Positions 1 to 12,485 of a DNA stretch of 64,000 nucleotides are shown here, piece by piece; the stretch's first letter is position 1, and every line of letters starts with the position of its first letter. The DNA comes from Camelus dromedarius. Lineage: Eukaryota. Under the pieces are notes generated by a model. That model saw only the letters and a list, made by a program, of their open reading frames with translations, was not told where the DNA came from and searched no databases. A program made the position numbers and the translations under genes. Location: the NCBI RefSeq assembly GCF_036321535.1, contig NC_087437.1, positions 66,652,001-66,716,000 on the forward strand, written 5' to 3'.

Positions 1-944
1 GGATGGGTGTGGCAGGTGTTCTCTTCTGACTGCTTGTATTTCCTCAGAGAAGTAGGAAGCAAGGTTGCCAACTGAGAGTAAAGTGGAGCGGAGGTTTTGA
101 GTTCTGAGAAAAAAAGAGTCTGAAGTGTGACTATGATGAAGAGTGAGAATTTGCAAAGTAAACATAATAGGATCTTTAAAGAGACATTCTCTGTTGTCTC
201 CGATGGTGACTGAAGTTTCACACTGGAAAACAAAAACCGCTAAGACTCCACCCTCCTACCTCCCATCACCCCCTCCCCCCAACATGCACCCCCACCACCA
301 CGCCCTAAGGAGACTGGAAGGACATGGAAAGACAAATTCCAGTAGGGCTTACTAGGAGGCCGACTTCCCTTCCCCACCTCCCCCAGCTGAAAATCAGCAC
401 TTTGAAGGAAAAATCATGAGAATCATATTCTGTAGGAGTTTTCCTTCCCTCCCTGAAAGGGGAGGAAAGGCGGTGCTCTACCTCACCCTCACAACAAGCC
501 AAAAGAGGGGGAACTACCAGCTCAGACTGACGGTGACCACGTGAAGGTGACAGTGGCATCTACTTCCAAGTTGGCTGTCTGCTGAGCAGCCTGATCTGTC
601 CTCTGTGAGAGGGATGGGGGGTATGTAGAGAGAACAGCAGGTGGGACAGCCTGCACTGCACTGCACTGCACTGGTGGATGTGACCAGGAAGGATGAGTTT
701 CCCTCAGGATGAGTGGAGCCCTCAGAAGACAACCAGCTTGAGCCTTTCCCACCAATGCTCTACTGAAGAGGGTGGTCTCAGGGCAACACTGGAGAGGGAC
801 AGGGAACCCCAAAAGAGGGAGGGGAGGAATGAAAGAGGCATCCATGTCCCCGTTTCTCCTCTAAGCCCCTTGGCTTGGGACTGACTGTAGTGGGAAAGAA
901 AGAGGGCAAGTTATTAAAGTCTTAGAATTGATTAAACTGAACTG

Positions 945-1710
945 GGATTCCCACTTCTGGGTACATACCCAAAGGAAATGAAAACGGGGTATCAAAGAGG
1001 TAGCTGTGCCCCAAAGAGGTAGCTGTGCCCCAGGCTCTGGTGAACTGCCTGACACACAGCAGCTTTCTTCTTCCTCCTCTCTTTCCTTTACTGCAGTATT
1101 ATTCACAATAGCCAAGACAGGGAAACAACCTAAGTGTCCGTCAACAGATGAATGGATAAAGATTTGGTACATACATACAATGGAGTATTATTTAGCTATG
1201 AGAAAGAAGGAAATCCTGCCATTTGTGGTAACATATGGACCTTTGGACATTATGCTAAGTGAAATAAGCCAGACAGAGAAAAACAAGTATTACAAGATAC
1301 CACTTATATGTGGAATCTAAAAAAACAAAGCCAAACTAATAGAAATAGAGTAGAAAAGTAGTTGCCAGGGGCTGGGGGGTGGGGGTAGTGGTGACAGAAA
1401 TAGGGAGAGGTTGGTAAAAGGGTACAAACTTTTGGCTATACGATGAATAAGGTCTGAATACCTAATGTAAAAATAGTGACTATAGTTGATAACACTATAT
1501 ATTGTGTAGCTGAAATTTGCTAAGATAGAACATAAATGTTTTCACCGAAAAAAACAGATAAATATGTGAAGTGATGGATATGTTAATTAACTAGATGAAG
1601 GAAAACCTTTCACAATATATACGTGTATCAAATCACTACAATGTACACTTTAAATATCTTACGATTTTCTATGTCATTTATACCTGGATAAAGCTTAAAA
1701 TTTTTAAAAC
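945..1710 (+). mobile_element. L1 (L1MA/MB-like) ORF2 C-terminus and 3'UTR
   Basis: ORF 1006-1320 contains FTAVLFTIAKTGKQPKCPSTDEWIKIWYIHTMEYY, typical of the L1 ORF2 C-terminus. Confidence 0.9.
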
Positions 1711-2720
1711 TTCACTGGGATGGACTGGATTGAGTTTTTAATACCAGCCCCCTCCAAAGACCAAAAACTGTGTAAAGATGACACTAAGGGGCAGGAAAAG
1801 CAGCTTCCACAGAGTATGTATGAAGGCAGTAGCTGGAGGAAAAGAAAATAATTTCATGTTTGCTTCTCACTAAATTCAGACCATTCACCAAACCAGTTAC
1901 AGAGATAAAACAAGTCATGCCCTAGATTCTACTTGTTAAAATACTCTTCTTCCCTTTTCTATATTGTAAGGTTTAGGCATCTCACTTCTGCTGTTTGGTC
2001 AGTGCTAATAGATTTCTAGTGTTCGGCCTTGAAACTGTAGGCTCTCCTGACTACTGATAAAAGAAACCCCAGAAAGACAAGGCGAAAATGTTTCCTCTTC
2101 TACAGCTGCAGAAAAGCACACGCAATTACGCATTACAATGTCAGTTTTTATCAAATGGAAAATTAAAAAGTCACAGGAGTCTCCATGTTAGTCTTCTGCT
2201 CAAGAATCTTGTGTAAAAATGTATATACTGTTTTCTATTATTCTAAAGCTGTCCTCAAAATATTCCTACAAAGGAGTTATCTTGTACATCTGAATTTAAG
2301 ATGTTATTACCATGTTGTATAAATGATAAACCCCCACCTCCAAAAGAATACAATTCTGACTGCCCTGCTGAAGAATCTATTGTCCTAGTTGTAACATTTA
2401 AAACACATTTGTTTTGTGAAGTATTTAAGTATATATGAGTTTTCTGAGCCAGAAAAAAAGCTTTGGAATCTTCTTCTCCCTTTATGTATGAAAGAAAGAT
2501 AAATGCCACGCCTTTGCTGGAGTCCTGCTTCAGATACATACTTGAGAACTTTGTCTCATTTAACTCAGCATACAGGCCTGGTTGAAGCATCAAGCCCTCC
2601 ATGTCTCATAGGCCAACACAGGTCACTCCTGGCAATCTGGAAGTACAGGGTGTCTGAAACACATGCTGCATGTTAAAAGCATTCACGTCAACACAACTTG
2701 ATGAACTTTCAAAGTAAATA

Positions 2721-2726
2721 TTTATT
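2721..2726 (-). terminator. ADPRH: Probable ADPRH polyadenylation signal (AATAAA), implying a 3'UTR of about 2 kb
   Basis: tttatt on plus. On the minus strand it is followed by GT-rich sequence (aagttgtgttgacgtg). Confidence 0.6.
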
Positions 2727-3389
2727 TAATGTCGCTAATGGGCCAGACAGGGAGGCCACAAAAGGAATGAGACACAGTCCCTCACAAGCAGCTTGAGATC
2801 AACCCAAAAGGCACACGATCACCACACACCAGGACAGTGTGGGGACAGAAGGCTTGTCGGGGTAGTGAGAAAGGGCCTGAACAGTCAGAGTGGCTGCCAT
2901 CTAAGAGGTGCTGCTTGAGGTGGGGCTTGAAGGGTGAGTAAGAATTTACCAGGGGAAAAAGAGTGGGAAAAGCACCAAGAAATGAAGAGAGGGGGTGAGT
3001 GGTCATTGGAACATGCTTAGAAGTGCAGCATGACCATTGTGTATTTGAAAAGATCACTCTGGATGGCAATGAGGAAGGTAGGACTGGAATTAGAGGCACC
3101 AGACAGGAGGCTAATAAGCAACATTCATTTAATATATACTGAATAGGTATCTCCTGTGTGCCCAGGCACCATGCTAAGTTCTCTCTGGAGGAGAATAAAG
3201 ACAAGCAAACAGGCAACAACAAAACAGACCCCATGTCAAATGCCATGCCCAGGAAAGTACGGGGTGCAGCTAGGAGCAGCATCTCCCGACCTGAATAGCC
3301 TGGATTGCAGAAATCCAGCTGAAAACTACTTGGTGCAACAAGGTAAAAGAGGTGACAGGTTTGAAGGATATTTAGGAGGTAGAACCTTC

Positions 3390-3836
3390 TAGCAGATGAT
3401 ACTGGGACCCCACATACACTTCTCACTGTTCCCATGCACCATACAGCTTGCCACTGCAAGCATATCTGAGTCTCTACCTGAAGACACTCATGTTTGGATT
3501 CCACAAGAGGAAGGCCAGGAAGCACCAGGGAGTCAGCATCTCTGGAAGTGTTCCTCAATCAACGTCAGATGGAAGTCAGTGGATAAACACCCCAGGTCGG
3601 CTTGCCCCTCAGGTGAGACAACTCTTGAATGCCTTGGGCAGAGGACCCAGATGGTCTAAGTCCCAACTGCCCACAGTGGTAACCTGCTCATTAATGTACT
3701 TTTTCCTGGCTCCCCTCCCTTCCCTGTCTCACTTCCCCATTCTCCTAACAGTGCTTCCTGGAATCACCTCCCAAATAAACTATTTGCACTCAAGTCCTTG
3801 TCTCAGAGTCCACTTTTGGGAACTTAACCTGAAACA
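3390..3836 (+). mobile_element. ERVL-type solo LTR (LTR16-like), flanked by L2-like remnants
   Basis: Ends cacctcccaaataaactatttgcactcaagtccttgtctcagagtc...aaca, which resembles the LTR16 family. Confidence 0.65.
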
Positions 3837-3958
3837 AATAGAAAAAACTTGGTGAAAGATTAGCTGGTAAAAAAATGAAGACTCAGATACGAGGCTACAA
3901 GATTTTTAATCTGGGAGATGCTGACCCCATCAACTGAGATAAAGACTCTTCAGGAGGT

Positions 3959-4052
3959 GGGGTGGACGTAGCTCAGTGGTAGAGTACATATTTAGCATGC
4001 ACAAGGTCCTGGGTTCATTTCCTAGTACCTCTATTTAAAAAAAAAAAAAAAA
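3959..4052 (+). mobile_element. tRNA-derived SINE (Vic-1-like, camelid), antisense within the ADPRH 3'UTR
   Basis: A-box tagctcagtggtagag, B-box-like gggttcatttcc, poly(A) tail. Confidence 0.85.
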
Positions 4053-4758
4053 GAGGCTGATAATGGGGACACCTCTCCTGAACAGCTAGAGAACTTGATC
4101 TGGAATAAGGAAGCCTGCAAGTGCCTGGGTGAAAGGAGAAACCCTGTTTCTTTAAGGAGAGTGTGTTTCTACTCAGCAGTGCGACTCAACTGTCTGAAAG
4201 GGGCAACGGGACAGCTCTCCAACCCACAGACTCTTTACTGCTTCCTGCCCAGGATGGCCCAGAACAGAAGCAGCTTCTCAGGGAGGAAGTCCATCTCCTA
4301 GCCGAGACTGTACCACTGGCTGCCCCACTCCACCTCTCCCCACCACTCACATCCAGACAGCCAGCGAAAATCATTTAATGCCTGCCTGTGCGAGGACTGT
4401 TCTGGGTGCTACAGGCCCAACCATGAGCAAGGCCCATCAAGTCCCTGACTTCAATGAGCTTACTGCAGACACCGAAAATCATCAAGTAAGCAAACAAGTA
4501 AAAAATATAATTTCCGGTGGTGACAAGTGCTTACAAAAAAAAAAAAAAAAAGACTCCTCGGGATAAGAGGGATAGATCTGGGGCAGGGTAAGGAGGACAG
4601 GATAAGTTTGGAAAGACTGAGCTTCAGGTGCCCAAGGGACTATCATCTCAAAATTCCCTGAGTACAAGGTTAAGACTCTTGACTTTGAAAAAAATGAAAC
4701 TGAACAGAAAAGGGACTACACAAGAGGAGAAACCACCAGAAATGAATGTCACTTCTCC

Positions 4759-5173
4759 CTAAAGGGTAATTACAGTATCTTCCTTTGACCTAAGAGAATA
4801 CAAAGCCCTAGCTGTCTCTTCCAGCCGGTTTCTGTATTCTAGCTTCTCATAATTGGAAGGACTCACTCCTTTAAAACCATACATCACTCCCCACCAGCAG
4901 CCAGCAATGGCAGCTGTAGAATCACTGTCTCCACCGTGGAAAAAGGCTCGGTGGGCAAGCTCCTTCCAGGAGTCTCCTGCAGCCAGAATGGCATCATAGG
5001 CAATCAGGGGAGCATCATGTCCACTGCTGCCGCCCCAGCCAGAGTAGCTCACGGAGGTGTAGAACTGATCCCTCTCCTTCACATCAAAGGGCTTGGGGAA
5101 GGTAGGGACTGATTTGCCATCCCAAATCCCTCTGAGTTTTAGGTACTTTTCCCATTGGTCTTGGAAGTAAGAC
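4759..5173 (-). CDS. ADPRH: ARH1 coding exon 3 of 3
   Basis: Acceptor cctacag|G, translates [11 protein letters not shown]...GHDAP...[14 protein letters not shown]...EDTVITL*, including the DSDS motif. Total CDS 313+361+415=1089 nt = 362 aa + stop. Confidence 0.97.
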
Positions 5174-6159
5174 CTGTAGGAAGGAAAACATCTGCAGTCA
5201 ATTAAAAAAATAGAGTCAAAAGCCATTAGGAAAGGTACCAGGTAGATATGTGAACAGGGAAAATTTCAAGATGACTTCAATTTCTGGTACTAACATCATA
5301 CGATATAAAAAAATCAAAATGAGCTCTAAGTGACATTCATTCGATAAATTTTTGCTAAGGAATAATATAAGGCCTTGATAACACAAGTAAAAGGTCAGAA
5401 ATAAAGGTTTGTTTTTCCTGAGTTGAGAATCATGTCAAGTGTCAACTTTCAAGGGGGAACTTTATTTAGTCTGTCATTATGTATGTTATCATTTATTTTG
5501 TATTACTTTCTTAACAGAAATTGTCCATATTTAAGGTGTATGTGATCATTTGACATACATACACAGTGAAAAGAGCACTACCATCAACCTAATTAATACA
5601 TCATATCCTTATATAGTTATATTTTTTTTTTCAAGAGGGAATTTTGGAACTTCATGACCATGGGTGATTTCAGCAGAAAGCCTCTGGACCTTTTTATTCT
5701 AAGAAAGGCAATCTGAAGTGAACTCACAAAAAGGGGAAGATGTGGCCTTATCACTTATTAATTAGCTGGTGGAAAAACCTATCTCTCAGGCATTTTAACA
5801 AAGGATTTCAAAATATTGTGTGTCAAGACAACACTGAAAAGACAAATTCCAGGAAATGAGCAGGAAAGTTCACCTCGGTAAAGAACAGCCAGCCACAAAA
5901 ACTATAGAAAGCTGTAATACGGAACAGGATTCCTATACATAAGGGAAGCACTGAGGTCTTCACTTGGCTACTTGGTGGCCACCACTGTTGGGACTGAAAT
6001 CCTTAGCAGGTGGGAGGGGCTGGGCGCAGTGGATGACAAAACTGGACAGTGAGAACCATGACAGTTGCTACATTCTATGAGTTTTAGGCATACACGTGCA
6101 TGCACATGCGTGCACAGATTCAATCATTTTCTAGCAGGAGAGTGTACCTACAAACTTAC

Positions 6160-6520
6160 CAGTGTTGAAGATTCTGCTCCACAAAGTAGCCTGATTGGAC
6201 AATGTACTTTTTAGCTTTCGGTAGCACCTCTATCAGTCCTCTCCCCCACTGCTGGGGAGGCTTGCTATTCACAGCATAGGCTGTAAAAAGAGCAGACACA
6301 AGGGCTCCCAGGTAGCCTGTGGGATGGTGGTGGGTCATCCGGCCACTTTCGATGCTCACCTGGATCAGGGTGTCCAGCTGGCTGCGGTGGGGAAACCGAA
6401 GACCGATGCACATGGCCCGCATGGCAGCCCCACAGCCGCCCTCATGGCTGTTAAAGGGAATCCTCCAGCCATTAGCTTTGTCTGGCTCCAGAAGCATGGC
6501 GTTCTGCATTGAGGCACCCC
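6160..6520 (-). CDS. ADPRH: ARH1 coding exon 2 of 3
   Basis: Acceptor ttcccag|, translates (G)GASMQNAM...[16 protein letters not shown]...[10 protein letters not shown]...NLQH(W), donor TG|GTAAGT. 361 nt, keeps frame. Confidence 0.97.
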
Positions 6521-6731
6521 CTGGGAAGAGCCAGGTAGGGCATGGGGTCAGTGTAACCAAAGCAGAGGCCCCACAGGAGGAGAAAACCAAGCCCTGTCTC
6601 CAGCTTTCTTTGACAGAAAAACTATGAAGTGTGATCATGAATGCGCCCAAACTCCAAACCCCAAGCCAACATTGTGACTTACTTACACCTGAGACCCTTG
6701 GGTGTATGAGGGGGAAGCTTTCATCAGGAGG

Positions 6732-7110
6732 TATTATGAGCTGAACTGTGTTCCCCAAAATTCATATGTTGAAGCCCTAACCCCTTGGACTTTGGAATGC
6801 GCCTGTATTTGGAGGTAGGGCTTTTTAAAAAGTGATAAAGTTAAATGAGAATGTTAGGGTGGGCCCTAATTCAACCTGACAGGTGTCCCAGTAAGAGGAG
6901 GAAATTGGGATACACAAAGAGATACCAAGAATGTGAGCTGTGAGAGGAGACAGCTAGAAGGAAACTATCTACAAGCCAAAGAGAAAGGCCTTCAGAAGAA
7001 ATGAAACTGACACCTGGATCCCTTCTAGCTTCCAGAACAGTGAGAAAATTATTATTTGTTGTTTTAGCCACCCGGTCTGTGGTATTTTGTTATGGCAGCT
7101 CAAACTAACA
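6732..7110 (+). mobile_element. MaLR solo LTR (MLT1A/B-like) in an ADPRH intron
   Basis: tgaactgtgttccccaaaattcatatgttgaagccctaacccc ... gtggtattttgttatggcagc...aaca. Confidence 0.85.
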
Positions 7111-7709
7111 CCGGAGAAGCTATGGAAAAGGTAATTCACATCAGCTGGTGGCCCAAGATGCTGTAACAAGTTCCCAAAGTGAGCAAGAACCACTTGTGAG
7201 CAGACCTGGAAACAGAAAAGGAGTCTCTACAAGACCTTTTCCAGACTCCTTTAAAAAGAAAAAAAAAAATTTTACACTCATTTATTACAGAAAACTTAAA
7301 AACTACAGATAAGTAAAAGGATATAAGGAACTATAAATACTCCCATCACCCAGACACAATTATTAACATCTTTGTGTATATTCTTCCATACCTCTCCCAA
7401 CAGAAGTATACACATACTTTTGATGACAATGGATTTATAAGATACATAGTGTTTTGTAATCTACCTTTTTTTTTTTTTTGCTTAATACATAATATCTTTC
7501 CAGGTCAGTAAATATTTATGTGCATAATTTTAAATGTCTGCAGATGTGTCACCATAATAAATTACAAAAACATTAAGGTTTTTTCTATTTTTATCACAAC
7601 TATAAAAACTAATGTCTCCTTGATATTTAATCTCAATCAACATTTTTAATCGCTTCCTTGGGCTTGCTTTATTCTCCACCTGCCCAAGACGGCCTCTGGC
7701 TACTCTCAC

Positions 7710-8022
7710 CTGGTGCCCGGCCGTCCATGTCTCCCATGCAGTCTTGGTAGTGCTTAGCAAGGAGGGAATATAGGCGAGCCAAGTTCAAGACGTTGCCAGC
7801 TTCCAGGAGTGCTTCTGCCGTGGCCAGGTGCATCACTGTGTCATCACTGACTCTCCATCTCTCCACATCTATGGCATCCAAGCCGCCAAGCTGGGCCAGC
7901 TGCCTGTGAATCTCTTCCCCGTTCCGGAGGAACTCCCACTTCCCATTGAAGTACCCCAAGGCATCTCCAGCTGCACTCAGCACCATGGCAGCCACATACT
8001 TCTCGATTAGTCCCCCACACAT
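7710..8022 (-). CDS. ADPRH: ADP-ribosylarginine hydrolase (ARH1), coding exon 1 of 3
   Basis: Translates [24 protein letters not shown]...[10 protein letters not shown]...DGRAP(G), including the ARH SDD Mg-binding motif. CACCATG start at 8022, acceptor ctcag at 8036-8040, donor G|GTGAGA. 313 nt, phase 1. Confidence 0.97.
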
Positions 8023-9779
8023 GGTGAGGCTGTCTCTGAGGGAATATTAAGACACACAAAAGATGAGGAGAAAGAAAAATCAGAAAAAATATTAGCTTTA
8101 TCTATATTTTATTGAGTACTCACTCTTTGTAGGCACTGTATTAAGGGCATCTCATTTAATCCTCACAGCTGCTCTATGAAGAGTGGAAAAGGCCTAGTTT
8201 ATGGATGAGTAAATCAAGGTAACGCAGTACCAGAAATGTTAAGTGAATTGTCTCAGGTTACGGAGCTAATAAGGGGCAAGGAAGGGACTCCAGCTTAGGT
8301 CCATCTGACTCCAAAGTCCACAATTCTAACTATGACTCCACCTTTGCCTCTCCATGAACGGCCAGCCCACTAACTTCTACAAGTCAACCAAGCTTGTCAT
8401 TTTCTTTTTTAAATCTGAATTTGGCCTTGGAAGTGCATTCCTCCTTGACTTAAATAATAACTTTCCACTGGTATCACAATGCCCTGTTTGCAAAAGACCT
8501 GCATATTCTCTGTCTCATTAGTAGGCAGGGATTACAGTATGCATTTCACTGTTAAGAAAAATGAGGCTCAGAGAAGGTAAATTCACACAACCAATGAATG
8601 GAAGCCCTGGGACCCAAGTCTGATTCTGGTCCACTTTGCCTCAGCACAGACCTACTTAGCTTGAGCAACCTCTTTGTGCCTCACCTTCTACAATCTGTAA
8701 AGCAGTGGCAACCTCGTGGGTTTGCTGTGAGGAGTAAATGAATTAATTTTTATAAAGCACTTAAAACAGTGCTTAGCAGATAGTAAACAGTATTTTTATT
8801 GTTCACACACAACCAGGGAAAAGGATTTTTCTATTAATTGAACTAAAATACTTCCTCTCCACAATCTTCCTCTCCACAGCAATATTTAAATTGTTTTCCT
8901 TCTAAATGACTGACTTCTGGAGTCTTAGGCTCTCAGCTAATACATGAACCTAGTTCCTGGTTAAGTGCTGGTTTCCCTGTAGGTGCATTTCCAGTTCCCC
9001 ACTGCGCCCTACTGCCTGCAGCATTCATATTCAAAGCCCTCCACCGTCTGCCCCTACTCTTTCATCCACTCCACTTGCACAGGCCAGGCAAACACTTTTA
9101 CACGCTGGTGGACTTGCTCATTCTCCCCTCAGCTCAAGCTCTTTCCCCACCCAAGATCTGCCTTCTCTGCCTCCACTTAGCTAAACCCTATTTCCTCAGG
9201 GTTAAGTAAGTCAAGACTGAACAGATCACTACTGATCATGCTGAGTTTCTTGGCTCAAAAAAGGTGTCTATAAAATGTTATTTACATATTGTATTGTTCA
9301 TAAATGATGCCTAGGAACTAGAGTTCTGGGCTAATAGTCCTAGCTCTGCCCAAAATCAGGTGTGACTATGGACAAGCCACTCATCCTGGACCTATGTTTT
9401 CCCACAGTAAATTGTACTGTGTAAATTACAGATACAGCCTGGGATGCGTCCTGTGCTGAGAGCGTCAGAGACCAAACTTAGTTGGCTTCTGAGGACCAAC
9501 TTTTAACCCCCCCCCCCCCCCCGTACCCTCTCCCAAAGTCCTCAGCTTCCTTTCTGTAACTCCTTCTGGTTTCATCAGAATGTGTGTTTTTGTGAGTTGT
9601 GAGCCGGGCTGGGGTAAGATCACCAACTCATTCTGTTGGAAAACTTCCTTTAGCTTTTACACGCACCGCTCTGGCCTCCCGCTCTCAGAACGCTGTTACT
9701 TTTTACAGTTTACAGTCTCACATAGGAATTATAAATTCAAAACAGAGGTCTAGTAAGCTGCTTCCCGACAGCCCTCTGC

Positions 9780-10490
9780 TTTTTTTGTTTTTCTTTTGGT
9801 GGTGGTGGTGGTGGTGGGGAGACACGCCCAGCCCTAGAAGGAGGTGGGAGGTGGCCCCCAGGTCACCGCGGGGTAGGAGAGAGCCCGAGGGACGCGGGAG
9901 GGGTATACCGGGTCGCCGAGGGAGAGGGAGCGGGGAAAGCGCGCGGGAGACCGGACGGGGAGGGTGGGGAGGGGAGCGAGCGTGGTGGCCGACAGCGGGG
10001 AGGGGTACCTGGTGGCTGCAGGGGGTGCAGCGCACGCGCGCCCACAGCAGGGCGGGGCGCCCGTTGTTCGGGGTGCAGAGAGGCTCAGGGCACCGAGGCG
10101 GAGCGCGCCGCCGCGCTCAAGGACCGCGTCCAGGTTCAACGGACCGTGGACAAGTGCCTGGCGTCTGCAGGCTCGCGGACCTCAGCTCGAGCGAGTTGCG
10201 GGACCGCGAAAGCGCTTCCCGGCACCACAGCGGCCTTCTGGGCCCAGACGGGGCGGGCGGCAGCGCCAGCGTCACCGGCCCCCTTAGCTCCAGAGGGCGC
10301 GGGATAGCACCGCGCGCCGCGAAATGGCGCGGGTCTCGACCACACCTCTCGTGAGACTATCGGAACTCACGCGTGATCCCAGGTGGACGCCTCGGCCTTT
10401 CCTCGCGTCCCGAACGACATGGCGCCCTAATCCTGGAGAAGGGTTCTAAGTGCGTCCGCCGCCGTTGTCACGGTTCTGAGTCCCCGCCCA
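9780..10490 (-). promoter_or_regulatory. ADPRH: CpG island: ADPRH promoter and non-coding first exon(s); candidate donor CAG|GTACCC at 10009/10008
   Basis: High GC and CpG density, GC boxes (gggcgg), about 2 kb upstream of the ATG exon, which has its own splice acceptor. Exact exon limits not determinable. Confidence 0.8.
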
Positions 10491-11198
10491 TAGTACCCAC
10501 TACCTCTTAGGGTGGTTGCTAGGATTAAATTAATTTTAACTCTCGTCATTTATTTGGTAGCAGAATGGAAAATTTTCATCCTGATAGTAAATACAAGCAA
10601 AGAAAAACTAAGGGTATTTTTGTCTGAATAAATTAATAATATCACCTTACAAGAATTAGAATCACTGTGTGCAGATATTCTATGTACGTCTCTAGAATTT
10701 TAATTTGCTGTGCCTATCATTCTGGCTACAGATATTAAACCCTTACTATGTATCAGGTGAATGCTGGGCCTTGACACCACCCCGCTTTCAGGGCTTGATC
10801 TCACTTTAGTCTATTGACATATTTTTTGTTTTTTAATAAAATTTTTTGGATGATAAAAATAATGCATACTTACAGTAGAAAAGCTGTGAAAGCTTCTGGG
10901 AAGCTCGCTTTTAAAAATACCCTCATGTGTGCACAAAGATTCCTGGATTTCTTTCCGGAGTTGTTTCTCATAGCAGAAAATTGGAAATAACCCCAGTATC
11001 TGTTTACAGGGGAGAATGAGTTTCCTTCTTCTAAATTATGGCGTAATTATGGAAATTTTTTAAAAAGTAGACATTTATTTAAATCAGAAGACTTTGGGTA
11101 AATAATTAGACTCACAAGGGAAGAGCTTAAGTTAAAAAAAATCAAATTTTACAAGGAGGAATATACAAGATCTTATTTATGTAAAAAAAAAAGAGCTC

Positions 11199-11218
11199 TG
11201 TGTGTGTGTGTGTGTGTG
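11199..11218. repeat. (TG)10 microsatellite
   Basis: Directly visible. Confidence 0.9.
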
Positions 11219-12080
11219 TAAAATGACTGAAAGGATACACATTGAATTAATAATGATTATCACTTAAAAGGCTAATAGAGTTTTCTGGGAGTAGGGATAG
11301 AGATAAGGGGGAACTTTTAATCTTTCACAATAAGAATTTTTGTATATTATGTGTATAAAGAAATTTTAGAAAACAGAAAAAATAGTAACTATCCACATTC
11401 TACCACTCATATTGTAAATACTTATAGTCTTTATTTTATGCACTTTTTAAAAAAAAAATCACATCATTTTGTGTATACATTTTACATCTTTTTTTAAACC
11501 ACTGAGCTTTACATTGTAAGTATTCCTCTCTGTGATTTGTAATAGTATTATTACTATAATTGATTCCAGATGTTCAAATAACATAATGCTCTAGGATAAA
11601 CTCCCTTTCACGTTGATACAAAGAAATATGAGGCTCTGATGTTCAGTTCCTCTTCAACCACACCATGGCCAAGGCTGGTTCAACAGAAGGAAAACAGAAG
11701 TATAGATAATTTAAAAACGGGGGATTAAATAAATCTTTGCCACTTCATGGGCCTGAATGTGTAATACCATGGCTAGTTAAACCGTGAGAGCTAAAATTAA
11801 AAAAAGAGAGAGCTACAATAAATGGTTAATAGACAGGGCCCCTTGAACTCTCTAGCAGATACAAAATGACAAAAACTTTCAAAGGAAAACATACCACAAG
11901 ATAGGATCTCAATATACATTTGTTAAAATGAATTAAGTGGGGGGAAAATGAAATAGGGGCTTTTCAAAAGTCTTTTGAGAAGAAAATAGAAGAAAGCTAG
12001 TCCAGGAGAAATAGGAAGCCAAAAGCAGCAATTCACGTATCTTGTATCATCAGTTCAACTCAGAAGACTTAGTAAGCATC

Positions 12081-12485
12081 TGTGATGGTTAATTTTATGT
12101 GTCAACTTGGCTAGAAAATAGTACCCAGATAGGTGGTCAAACAATTTTCTAGATATTTCTGGGAAGGTCTTTTAAAGATGAAATTAGCAGTGAAATCAGT
12201 AGACCTGGAGCAAGCCTATTATCTTCCATAATGTAAGTGGGCCTTTCCCATTTACTTGAAGACCTTAATAGAAAAAAAGACTGACCTCACCCAAAGAAGA
12301 AGGAATTCTGCCAGTAGATTGTCTTTAGTTGGAGCTGTAATATCAGCTCTTAACCTGGGTCTCCAGCCTGCTGGCCTATCCTGCAGATTTTGAACTTACC
12401 AACATCTACAATCACATGAGCCAATTCCTTAAGTCTTTCTCTCCATAAATGGATTGATTTTGTTTCTCTGGAGAACCTTAATACA
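12081..12485 (+). mobile_element. ERVL solo LTR (MLT2-like)
   Basis: tgtgatggttaattttatgtgtcaacttggctag ... tttctctggagaacc.taataca, with TG...CA ends. Confidence 0.85.

Noticed and set aside
1..940. Possible first exon of neighbouring PLA1A
   Set aside because: None of the ORFs here resembles the PLA1A signal peptide. It is expected further left, outside the window.
2782..3558. 258-aa minus-strand ORF
   Set aside because: Lies in the probable ADPRH 3'UTR over L2- and LTR-like remnants. No recognisable domain.
7217..7252. 10-bp inverted repeat aaaggagtct/agactccttt with a 16-nt loop
   Set aside because: About one such stem is expected by chance in 64 kb.
9599..10354. 251-aa plus-strand ORF with a poly-Trp run, plus overlapping ORFs
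   Set aside because: Typical stop-poor CpG-island frames. The Trp/His runs come from a (TGG)n repeat, and the start is not ATG.
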